From NCBI GenBank assembly GCA_030704615.1, contig CM060731.1, forward strand, positions 39,680,001-39,744,000: a stretch of 64,000 nt of DNA, given 5' to 3'. The position numbers and the translations under genes were made by a program. The notes beneath the pieces were generated by a model. It was not told the origin of the DNA and did no database searches. It saw only the letters and a list, made by a program, of their open reading frames with translations. The stretch is from Takakia lepidozioides. Taxonomy: Eukaryota > Plantae > Bryophyta. Shown piece after piece: positions 36,601 to 48,200 of the stretch (position 1 is the first letter of the stretch; each line of letters begins with the position of its first letter).

Positions 36601-38271
36601 GACATGTAACGGCTGGGTCCTCCAAATTCCCGAATTGGGATGGCTTCATGGAGTGGATGCCTTTTTCAGCTCTATTGACACTGATTGTCACATTGCCATC
36701 TGCATCATGCCCAGCTGATGGGAAGTTTTTGTTTGAATGAGGAGCTGTCTGTAGAGAGGGCAACCTGTGAGAAGGAACTGTTGCATCCATCAACCTATCT
36801 AAATATGATGGTTGAGCTGCTGGAAAGTTTTTGTCCAACTGTGGAGCTGCCTGAAGTGGGGGCAACCCATGAGAAGGAACTGCTGCATCCACCAACCTAA
36901 CTAAATGTGATGATTGAGTGCATGCGATGCCTTGTTCAGCCCTCTTGTCACTGATTGCCCCATTGTCATCTTCATCATTTTCCCCAGCTGATGGAAAGCT
37001 TTTGTCCAAATGTAGAGCTGCGTGAAGAGAGTGCAACTCATGAGACAAAGCTGCTGCATTCGTGGCTGGGGGAGCCGATGGACCATCATCCAGACAGGCG
37101 TTTGAAGCCATTAGCAGCAGTTCAATACCACACTTGGCTTTCCCTGGCTGCAGCTTTCTATCATCCATTAATGTGCTACGCATGCATGGTACTGCCTCAG
37201 TTTGCTGTTCCAGCATTGACACATCCCTATCCAACTCATTATAGCTTCGCTTTTTCCTTGAGGAGCCGGAGGCCAAGCATACTTCTGTATCATACAACTC
37301 TGATCACATGCACACAGAGTTTCAACCACATTATAATGCAGCTTACAGCTTTTCCAGGAACGCAAAAGGCAACTCATCCCAACCTTTGCACCATGTCCCC
37401 CGGACTTGTACTGAATGATCAAAGGAATTGGTGTCTGTAATTGCTGAATGAGTAGACAATTGAATGGTTCTGGAATGTACGGATGAAAGAAATGACACAC
37501 TGAGTACCTTGGAGGTAGCTCTCACGATTATACCTCCGCTGCTTAGGTCTTCTTGACCGCTTGAGAGCAGACGCCAGAGCAGATGCCTGAATGGGTCTTG
37601 TATTCTCCTTGCCCACCTTAATGACTCCAATGCTCTTCCTGATTCCAGACATTGCATTTCCTTGTGCCCTTTTGGTTGCTGTGGGAGCAGCCACAACCTG
37701 CACAGACGCATCAATCTAGAAAAAATTGCTGAAACTCCTTTGAAGTACTAATTCTCTTGTTGGGCCATACAAAGTGAAGGGTTCGGGAGAACTTGCTCAA
37801 GGAGCAAGTCAGTGCAAAAGGACCACATGCTCGGAAGTAACAATGTATTGAAAAATCCAGAATTCCATACATATTCATCTTACCAAGCACAGCAACAGGA
37901 GCAGCGCAGACCAGAACCTAAGTAGAGAGCAAGTGAATCCCAGCAACATTAAGCTAATTTCAAACCTTCCAAGGTGCGGAGTTTTCCAGTGGAGAAATGG
38001 GCTTCTTTGTTGTATTCGAAGATGTTCGTTGGCCTACTGCACCATCTCCTTCCCTGTTGAGATCAAAGCTTGTCAGAGGCTTCATGCGGGCTCCCCGCAA
38101 CCCATCCTCTTCCTCTTCCTGGACCTTCTCATCCATCTCTACACTTACAAGTGCAGCTTCAAGATTGCTGGAGGTAGGTCGGCCTCTCATCGACTGCATG
38201 CGGCTGTCCCCGCTACCCACAGCAAGATCCACGTACAACAAAATCTTCTCCGCTTTGCTTTTCTCATCCAT
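33668..38271 (-). CDS. Conserved uncharacterised plant protein with an N-terminal FDLN (EAR-like) motif and an internal ~53-aa tandem repeat
   Basis: Large exon 34731-~37300 contains PSGLLGELNPGIMNSIRNSKQVHAILGAVV, a motif I recognise from an uncharacterised plant family. Downstream exons read LEMDLNQAQL, HVARLRTLFTSMENVLRTE and ENRMKQIQEMQACC...stop at 33668. 5' exon boundaries are approximate. Confidence 0.75.
35690..37060 (-). repeat. Coding tandem repeat, ~159-bp (53-aa) unit, 8-9 degenerate copies
   Basis: Repeated SHGLPSLQTALHL.K.FPSA.HGA.GN..MS..RAEQGIKSNQ.SQ..RLVD in the 895-aa ORF. Confidence 0.85.
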
Positions 38272-38959
38272 TCTCAACCCTGAACGTCTCCTAAGGAATG
38301 AGGTTCAGACTATCTACTAGAGACTTTGAAAATAAGTCTTCCATATGTTCTCATGAGAGGAAAACCCTATAAACCTCAGCTTATAAACCTCAGCTTCCTC
38401 CTCCCTAGAGCCCCGCAGGACAGAGATGCGTAAGAGAGAGGCAGAGAAGACGAGAGACAGGATGCAGAAGCACCACGGCGGCCCAGCTTGGAGCTCACCG
38501 CATCTTCCCTCTCTTCCATTCAAATTCAAACTCGAGCACAGTCTGCACAAGGACCTGCGACCCGGCGTCTCTCTCCCCATCTCACCCGGAGGAACAGCCG
38601 GCCCGTAATGGATGTAGTCATTCATCATAGTCTCATCGATCCATGCTGCCGACAGGGTCAAGCTCCGCAGGAAGAAGGCTGAGAGCTGCTGCGAGCCTCA
38701 GCAGCGACGCTGACCTTTTGTTGTGGGCTGGAAAGGCAAGTTCAGAAAATGCTTGAATCGCCTTACTTTTCTACGCGCAGAGGTTCTTTTATTTTGGGTG
38801 TTCGGCTTGTCTTCTTTTGTAGTACATAACTCTTAGTTGCTCAGTTGCTGTGGTCGGGTTTGTCGTCTTATTCAAGCCATGTTTAGTCTGTGAGGATTGA
38901 GGAACGCCCCAATCGTAGAGCTTCTTCTCAAATTCCCTTTTAGAATCGGCTCCAAGTCA

Positions 38960-39600
38960 ACATATGGCCCCACAACCCCCTCCTCATCTGTCGTCAAGAC
39001 CCCATTATCGCTCGAAATTGTGCTTGAGTTGCTAGAACTAGACTAATTTCAGTAGTAGTGATCACGGCCGAGGTGTATGAGGGACGTTCCTGATCTGCAT
39101 GTGTCCTTGAATTCGCTTCGACAAGTCCCTCCTCTGTCGTCAAGACCCCAGTATCGCTCGAATTGTGCTTGGATTGCTAGAACATATAGGACTAAGCTCG
39201 GTAGTGGTGATGAGGGCCGAGGTGTCAGTATTTATCCCCTTGTCAAAGGGACGCCGATGTGTCCTTGAATTGTCTTCGACAACTCCCTCTTCTGTCGTCA
39301 AGACCCCAGCATCGCTCAAACTTATGCTTGAATTGCTAGGACATATAGGACTACTGACCTCGGACGTAGTGGTGATCAGGGCCTAGGTGTCAGCAATTAT
39401 CCCCTTTTCAGAGGGACGCTGATCTTCATGTGTGCTTGAATTCGCTTCGAAAACTCCCTCCTCTGTGGTCAAGAGTATCCCTGTATCGTCCCTTGTGGTT
39501 GAACTGCATTGAAAATAAATTTCGGAAGTCAGGCCCGTCGACGTATCAGTAAACAGTACCTTGTCTAAGGGACGCTGGTCTTTGTGTGAGTCCTCATTCG
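38960..39600. repeat. Degenerate ~150-170-bp tandem repeat, about 4 copies, forming the 3' part of the PLATZ pseudogene
   Basis: 'ctctgtcgtcaagacccc' recurs at about 38988, 39134, 39292 and 39463. Confidence 0.7.
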
Positions 39601-39943
39601 CTTCTAGTTTGCACTGCAAAGAGAAAATCCTGTTACGTTCGTCCTTCAAACGCCACTTGCATGTTCTGCAGAGAAGCTGTGCGTCGATGGCCGACGGTGC
39701 CTTTACTCTGGGTTTTGGGGAAGCAGAAAGCTGATTGACCTATTAATAGCATATTCCTCTATGCCACTCACATCCATGTGTCTCTGGATATCCTCACGAC
39801 GAACCACGATCCTGTACGAAGCTTTCCTTGTTTGCAGAAGCCCTCGATGTCTTCACAACTGTGCAATTGGTGGTCCCGTACTCAGAATGTAGAAACGCTC
39901 GAATCCAATTAGCGCCGGACATCCTCTCCACCATTTCCGCCAT
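39383..39943 (-). pseudogene. PLATZ transcription factor pseudogene (intronless, frameshifted)
   Basis: MAEMVERMSGANWIRAFL / QTRKASYRIVVRREDIQRHMDVSGIEEYAIN / CRTCKWRLKDERNRIFSLQCKL. These match the PLATZ motifs QIRRSSY.DVVR..DIQ..D.SG.Q.Y.IN and C..C.R.L.D...FCSL.CK. Two frameshifts, and the first zinc finger is mostly deleted. Confidence 0.8.
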
Positions 39944-41458
39944 GATGGCTCCCAACTAAGCGCGCTTACTTGGAAGAACGTCCTACCAGCCCACCACCGG
40001 CCCCTCTTCTCTCTACTTCGGCTGCCGGCCTGTCTCTCTGTTTGAGCCTCAAAACTCGCTCATAAACATCTCTTCCCTCTGCTTCGTCTGCCTCTTCTCT
40101 CTAATTGAGCCTCCACACACTCTCTGACTAGAAACACTAACACGGACTCTCTCCAAATGACAAGCGAGGCTCAGAATATGAGTGGGGCATTGTTGATGGT
40201 TTTCCAACACCCTTGTGAGGCAAGCCTACACATTTCATACTGATCTGGATCAACCACTCCCCATCAATCTCAGCCGTTCATAGGCTTGAGAGAATGTCTC
40301 CGAACCTCCGCAGGCTCGGTATAGAGCTTCTGCCTTCTGTATGTAGTTCATACATTCCGTAGTAAACGGAAATCAGTTTCATAATTCCATAGTAAGCGAG
40401 ACGTAAGCGAATCCATTGCAGGGAAGTAGTACTTAGCGAACAGTAGTACTTAGTGATTGGAATTGTCCGTTCGAACTGAAAACTGATGAGCAAAAAGATA
40501 CTGACTGATGAGAGATCGAAGGGCAATCGATTATGTGCTAGTCCATGTGTAAAGTGTAATTCAAGGTCTTGCTCCTTACCTCCTGAGAGAGAGAGACAGG
40601 CGTCTTAGAGAAAACTCAGAAACTTCAGGGGCTCAAAAAGAGTTGGCCTGGCTACTTCAATGCTCCTTTGTTGTATGTGGTACTTAGGCCATCGCCAGGC
40701 TAATATAAAACAACGATGGCAGAGGTTTTTAATATGGGTCAGTATGAAAGACTCCACGTTTGTAGATGATGCAATCTTGTTCTTCAGAGTCAAAACGACT
40801 GAATGGGGTTTTCCAATCAAAGTCTGAAGCCTGAAAGCGAAAACGAAGCTGAAATATGATGTTTTGACAGTCAAACGTTCAAGCGAAGAAACACCGGGTG
40901 TAAGGGACCATTGGATGGACAAATGGAAAGGATGCATGAAGCTTTGGTGAATGTAGAGAAAGTGTGTGGTTGGCAGAAATGAGCCAAGGAAAAAGAGAGT
41001 GTGCAGGAAGGGTGCAAAGCAGTGAGTGTAGGAAAATCTCAGTAGCAGTATGCAGTTCAACTTTGTTCTAATTCTTAATCACCTTGACCTTTCAGAGTTA
41101 GCCTCAGTTGAATGAGGAGTGAGAACTGAACAGTAGATGTAATGTTGAACGGTAGACGTAATTTCGGAATACGTGTACATTGCAAACTGCATGAAGGAAC
41201 GGGTAATGTTTTGTATTGATATTGTCAAACCAAGTTTCTGCTCTGCTTGAATTGCAGATATACTCCTATACCAACTTTCTAACAATCACCCTAAGCAAAT
41301 GACAGCTCCCAATCAAAGAATCTCGACAGAATTATCCTATCGACTGAACTGTAACAGATTATCTACACGGTTTTCAAATTCTTTTGTACAAGAAATGAAT
41401 GACTTACACTATCCAACAAGTGAGGATAGAATCTCAATATTCACAGCAGGACTGCATT

Positions 41459-44001
41459 TTAGACTCTGATTTTGAAGCCTGATATTTGGAAGGATTCCAC
41501 AATATTGCGTGCCATATCACTAGCCTTCTGATGCCATTGCTGTTCTCCCGTTTGTACTTGGCACACATATAGTACTCCATCATTCACCACAGCAGATACT
41601 AGCTGGTGGAGTGAATTTTCACTCTTTCCACCTGCCACAAATGCCAACCATCAAGAGCATCAGCCCACTTCAAATGTCTCCCTTATCATCGGCTGACTGG
41701 ACAAATGCCGAGTATTAGGTGCACTTAACCTCATACAGTAGTTAGTGTACTACTCTCAATACTTCCACCCACTCTGTGGAACAAATTAAAGTAACAAACT
41801 CCTCAATCCGCTCTTTTGTCTATGATAAAACTCAGTACCATACCCCTGCATCACAACCTTGCTTTGGCACAAAGCACAAGACACCTGTAGTTCAACTTCT
41901 GCATGTAAGGCCATACCATTCACATGTACAATTCAAGGTTGAGCTATACCTTCCCGGGTGACGATCTCATACGTGTAGTAGGTTAACCCTTGCTTGCTCT
42001 TGGCCCTCTCCACATTAATTATGTTGGCTATTGAGATACTGCCCAGGGGAAATCTTTGCTTTGTTGTCACTCCATCATCATTATCTTGCAGCTGTAGAGG
42101 TTGATTACTTCCTGTCAAAAGATATGCCTGCCTTCTTATAAACTCATCGGGAGAACCAAAGTCTTCAATCCGAGAATGGGGTGAAGGGCTTTTCAGCACT
42201 ATTACGTTGGTCGATGGATCAACACTATCTTCGTATCTGCACACAACAGATTGCTATTCAGATCTCAAACCGCAGACGACAAGTATGGGAAATGAACTAT
42301 CCATGCACCAACCTACAAGTCACAGTAATGGAGGTTGAGAAGCGAGAAGAGGCTATGTACAGTTGATGTGACTTTCTGGCATTATAGAATCTCTGCTCTC
42401 AACTTTCCCATAGGATTCCATCTACATTTTACAACCAGTTGACACAACAAACCATGGTACCTTAGCACAGTCCCATAAAGACAGCCACTGGTATCGTTCA
42501 TGTGCCATGCAGCAGGCAACTGAACATGAAATCCATCACCAATACATAGATTGTAGCTTGCACGCATCCATAGCGGCAGTCCTCCGGCTTTTAAACACAA
42601 GAATAAATCGGAGGATAGGTCGGAGGCGAATCCATGAGACACAGACAACAACACATAGCACCCCGGAAGGTGGTGAAGGGTCAGTACCTGAGGACATAGC
42701 CTGTGGCGATCTGAGATTTAGACTCTACCCAATGAGCTGGTACGCTCACTTCGAACTCTCCCCCTCTATACTCTTTCAAATCTGCCACATCCATCAGGCC
42801 AAATCATGTTTCATGAGTAAAAGGAAACAATAAGATCGTGCTACTCTCCTGTAAGATATGCCCGATACAGGTGAGAAACAACGCAAGTGCATTATGAGAT
42901 AACTTCCATCTAATGACATTAAGGAGCTTCACAAAAGATCCATAGACACAGAAAGTCCCACTCTAATGATTTCCAGAAGGACTAGAATCTCCTCTCGGGG
43001 ATTGCTCCACATATATGTTTATGTAAAACTCCTCGCATAGTTGAACTCAAAGGACGGGCAAAGGGCATGGGCAGTCAGGGTTTCACAGGAAATAAGAGAA
43101 GTTGAAGTGTACCTGTAATGGTGTCAGCATTGCTCGTGCCCAGGGCGACAGTAACCAAATTGGGAGTCAATGTATTTCTCGTTCTGTAAGCATCGCCGGA
43201 CCCTGTGGACATAGTAATCATGTCCCCTGAGTCTGTATAATCTGCCCGATGGCTTGAGCTAATGGGCCTGAGAGCACCGAGCGCCAAACAGAAAGCCAAA
43301 GCTCGTCGCCTTGATGTCTTTGCACCACCTGGAGAGCCAATAGTTTGTGAGATCAATATTCGTCAGAGGTTGGACAACCATCATACTGAGGGGATTTGCT
43401 CTGCATTCCCTCTAAACTGCTTCCGGTCAACTAATGTAGCGACAATTTCCAAGGGGAAATAACTGTTTCCATCTACAGTTCTGGTAAGGCTTTAAAGCAT
43501 TTGTGCATCTTGTTCAGATTCGCGACATAGCAACCTCAAAACAGACATCCCATTGAAGAAAGCTAGAAGATTCTATAAGATTTTCGTCCCTTCATGTGAT
43601 GAAAGCTTCTGAAAAATGAAACACCTACCCTCTCTTCCAGACCAGCTGCGATGTGATGCGGAGGCCTTCCTTCTGGCACTGCCCTCAGTTGCAGTGTCAA
43701 ACAAGCACGCCGAAGTGGAAGCCAGGTTGTCGCTCATGTCTTGGGTGACCACCTCCTTCCTCTCGTCCATAACATCACATTCTTGTAAGATGGCGCTTGT
43801 TGGTTTCGAGGCATTACACGGGGAACTACGAGGTGACCTGTGGGCCGATCTCAACGGTGTTCCCTGGAGAAAATGGTCGCCATTCTTGGTGTAGGATCTG
43901 AAAGGAAGAAGGCTTGTACTTCCTGAAACATTCGTTGCCTGAATGTTACGTGCATCTGTGAAAACTCCTGTTTGAACGCCTGTGGGTTTGTTTGTAATCA
44001 T
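41459..44001 (-). CDS. Divergent PsbP-family thylakoid lumen protein (5' end uncertain)
   Basis: Exons: SRRRALAFCLALG (twin-Arg Tat signal, ~43330-43112); GDGFHVQLPAAW...GTVLR (~42545-42460); YEDSVDPSTNV...IEDFGSPDEFI...YYTYEIVTR (~42237-41950); HQLVSAVVNDGVLYVCQVQTGEQQW...ESFQI (41631-41459). Confidence 0.75.
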
Positions 44002-45278
44002 CCCGAGTAGATGGGTGTGCTTCACAATCGAAAAGCGTGGTAAAGGGCTTTCAGAAACTCTGTATGATCGTTGGTAAAATCTGGGTTCCAAGCACCCTAT
44101 TCCTCGGATGTGTGGGCGTCCCTCTCAGATTGTTTAAGAATTTGAAGGACTGTTCCTCGGATGTGTGGGCGTCTCTCTCAGATTGTTTGAGAATTTGAAG
44201 GAGTGCTTAGATTTCAACGCAGACAGAGGGTGAGGGAGAGGTAACTTAGAAAAGCTATGATTTTTGAAAGAACACTGCGAACATTGAATGAACTTGATCG
44301 TGGTGTGCAGTTCCTTATGCACCTGACAAGCCGGGCTCGCTGGCAGCCTCTCAGAGGCGCTCCGCTCGTGTCCGCCATCGCCAACATCTGGCTGGCCACT
44401 TGTCTCTCGAAGGGACCCGCCAAGGGAATACCAAGACGACAAGTGTTTGCCATATCTTTTTGAGCTGCGTCCCTGAGACTCATCCACTCGCAATCCAATC
44501 TGGTCCAAGACTTGTGTATCGAATCTCACGGATATTTCCTTTGTCATGATCGGAGTAGGTGCAGTCACTGTGCTGGAGGCCACCGTTGCCCCTTCTCTAT
44601 TGGATTGGCAGCCTAGGCTGTTGCCCCACAAGGCCCATCAACTTTTCTTCAACTAAGACCTTGACAGCATCATCCCCAAAGATCAGACCGAAACTTCGTT
44701 TACTTGATATTGAATTTGTGATGAGTGAAGAATATCTGGACATGGGTAACTTGGAACATGTTGACAGCTTCTCTTCCCACAGGAAAAGCCTGTTTTAAAC
44801 TGACTATCTAGGTTTGAATTTTGAATCCACTAGAGAATTGTGGGGTTACATCAAAGAACTGATTTTACTTGTGCCTCATACAAAGTTGCATCCCGTTACA
44901 CGCAATGAGTTCCACCTCATGGGTCACATGCAATGGGGTTACACACAATTGAGAATTCACATGACTAGTGTGCTTAGTGCAGCGTAAATGATCTAAAACA
45001 CCACTTTGTTACCAAAGAGCACTGATGGTCAAACACCAGAAAATAAGTCACTGCAGTATCGGAAGCTAACTGTCACTGTCAAAATTTGAAACTCCGTGTT
45101 CCTTGAAGCAAGACCTAACCTTAATTCAAACAACATGATGCAGCCTCAAGAAGATCAGAACCTAGAGGTAGAATCCTATCATGAACCATCCATATGAACT
45201 TCTGCATAAGCCTCAATACCAATACTAACGTGGACTTCTACCACTACCCTTTCAAAGTTCTCACAAAAGACCAGGCCT

Positions 45279-48200
45279 TTAGACCTGGAGAGCCTCTGAG
45301 CACAGGGTCGGGCCTTTGGGTACATCCTCATTTCCTGATTGACTGGCCAGCCACTCCCTCTTTCGTTTCATCAGTCTCTTGCTGAGCTTCATCACCTGCA
45401 GTTGCTCTTTTGGACGAGAGTATTAATACTACCAGTCACTTGGCCACAGTTGGGTCTCCCCCACTGATTCATGTTAGAATGGTGCTGCCAATAATCACTA
45501 ACCTTCATCCAACTGTGGGTAAGATTACAAATCTTCAATAGCACTTCCATGGGCCAATTCAGCAACCATTAAATCCACATAATACAAATGAGTCATTGAT
45601 ATTGTGATCCATGCAATGAGAGTGAATGACAAAAACCTTTCACACGCAAGGACAAATTCTGTGTGATTGCTAGAATTCAGACGATTTGTCCAATCACCAT
45701 GCATGCAAGGGGCATTAAGCCCATTTGATATTATAGTATCCAGTAGCTATTTTGAAGTAAACCGTCTACTTCAAAGGAGGAGAGCATACTTACAGGAATG
45801 GTTGCCGGTTCCATTGTGCGGCGAACTACAAACACTTCCACTCGAATTCCCTGGCAGACCAAGAGCCAGAAGTTCCAGTGTTAATTGATACTCAGCTACT
45901 TGTCTTCCTGTTCTCGTGTCTTAGAAGTGCCAGACGTATGTTGAAGCCTCTAAGCCATGACAGTACACACTATAGACTGCTAGTATTTCCCAGGAGACAG
46001 GACTTTAAATAAATCTGATATACTTCACATCGTACTTGTCAAAAGCCATTGTGCGCTTTTTCCCTGGAGGACCTAATCAAAGCCAGCTCCATACATCCAT
46101 GTTGGCTTACCGAGGTGTAGTGGGCTAGAGCTAAAAGGTCCTGACTGTATGCATACAGCTTCTCAAAGTTATGCCCTCTGAAAACAGGTCTTAGGAGGCA
46201 GCCCCTGTTCTATCATTGAGGAAGTCAAAGTGAGTTTGAATTCAAGTCTCACCTCCAAATCGACCTGAAGGTGTTGTAGGAGGTCCAGAAAGGCCACTTG
46301 GTTCACTTCCACTTCCTCTGTCATGGCCTTGCTATGCGCCATCAGCACAGCCATACCTTCACATTTACAAACCAGAAATAAGAGATGGAAGCATGGACAG
46401 AAGAAAGACCCTTACAGCAAAAATTAAATACTAGATAAGAGGGGAAAAAGGCCCTGGACAGACAAGCTTATCATGTTCCAGCACAAAGCAGAGAGAATAG
46501 AAAAAAGGAGCTAACCCAGATGTCTACGCTAGCAACTCACCTGTCCGGGGTCTCAGAACTCGCACAACCTGGAGACCACCATCAATTCTTAGTTCACATG
46601 GGAAAAAGTGGCATGTGACCATATGTTCTTAGATGCATGTGAACACTCATGGAGAAAGAGTGAGAACATACTCAGACATTTCTGCCATGGCATTGTGGCC
46701 ATAGAACCCGTGCCCAGTTTGGACAGAATCAAAGGGGATCAGACACTACCTTTGTAAGGGGCTCATTCCAGTGGGACTTCCCTTGATATAAACAATTAGT
46801 TCTAGCTTTCCAGATTTCCTCTAGAAAGCCCATCACACAACCATCAATCTGCTGCGTGAGAGCTGCCCAGCAATTAGACCCCAACAGGGCCAGGGCTTTA
46901 TGCTCATCCTTGAGATAGGTGAACAGAGGTGCAGGGACTATGTTCCTGAAGAGGGTCACTCTCTGGTGAAGAATACCGCGGACATCGTATCAGAAAACGG
47001 ACAAGACTTCAGGCTGCCCACACATTGAGCATTGACAATCTCGTTTTCCTCTCTGCCTCTGTTTTTTGTTCAACGGGATTCCCCACCTTGAGTTTAAATT
47101 TCACTCTAGTGCTGAGGGTAGGTAGGCCCTCACCCATGTCACAAACTGGAAACAAATTCAGGGAAGAGAGAGAAGACTTCAGCTTCAGAGTGAAACAGAA
47201 TGTACTCATAAGATGTTTACCGTAGCCTTGCGACCAAGAGAGAGAATGTACAAGACGTTGTTTGCCATGGCCTTGTGGCCATAGACCCCGCGCCCAGCTT
47301 GGGCAGAACAAGAGGGAAACTATCTTTGTGAGGGGCTCGCTGGTAGTGGGCTTACAATGACCAAGAGAGAGAATGTACTCATAAGACAGATAAGGACCTA
47401 TATTTTCCATAGCCTTGGCCATAGACCCCATGCCCAGTTTGGGCGGACCAAAAGGGAACAGATACTACTTTTGTGCCGGGCTCACTCTGGTAGTTGACTT
47501 ACCATTATAAAGAATGACCAAGAGGGAATGTACTCATAAGATGTTGTTTGCTGTGGCCTTGTGGCCATTGACCCCGTCAATGACCGAGAGAAATGAAATG
47601 AAATGGTGGTTTATAACATCCGCGGAAAGCTCATAGAGCTTATGGGACAAAATGGAAGAAAACATGAGAGAGGAAACAAAACCAGAGCCAGAGATAAAAA
47701 CTATTGTCCGAGTGAGAAACTATTGAGAAAGAGAGAGAGAGAGAGAAGACTCCAGCTGCAGCCAGCATAAATGCAGTCATGGATAGAGGTGTCCAACCAC
47801 ATAAAAGAATATCTCTACACGCATTTGTATGTTGGGTATGCATGCATACCTGTATCAAATCATACACATCATGGTAGTATATGTTTGCATGGGCATGCAC
47901 GTGTGGAGGACATGTGGCTCTACAATCTTATTGGATGAGCAAAGAGGTAAAAATGCATTGGGAGCAGAGTAACTGTACTTTTCATACCTCTTTGACTACT
48001 TTGGGGCACAGCCATTCACGAACTTTAAAATTTCCTGTTGGACACCAAACAAGGCCAACCAAATTGGCATTGAAAAATACATCCCTCAGATGCTAATTTT
48101 CTGGATCTCATAATCTTCAAGAGGCCATCTTGTACTGTTTGTACCAGAAACTATATAGGTCCTTATCTGCTCAACAGTCTTGTTGGCTATTGGGCAGATG

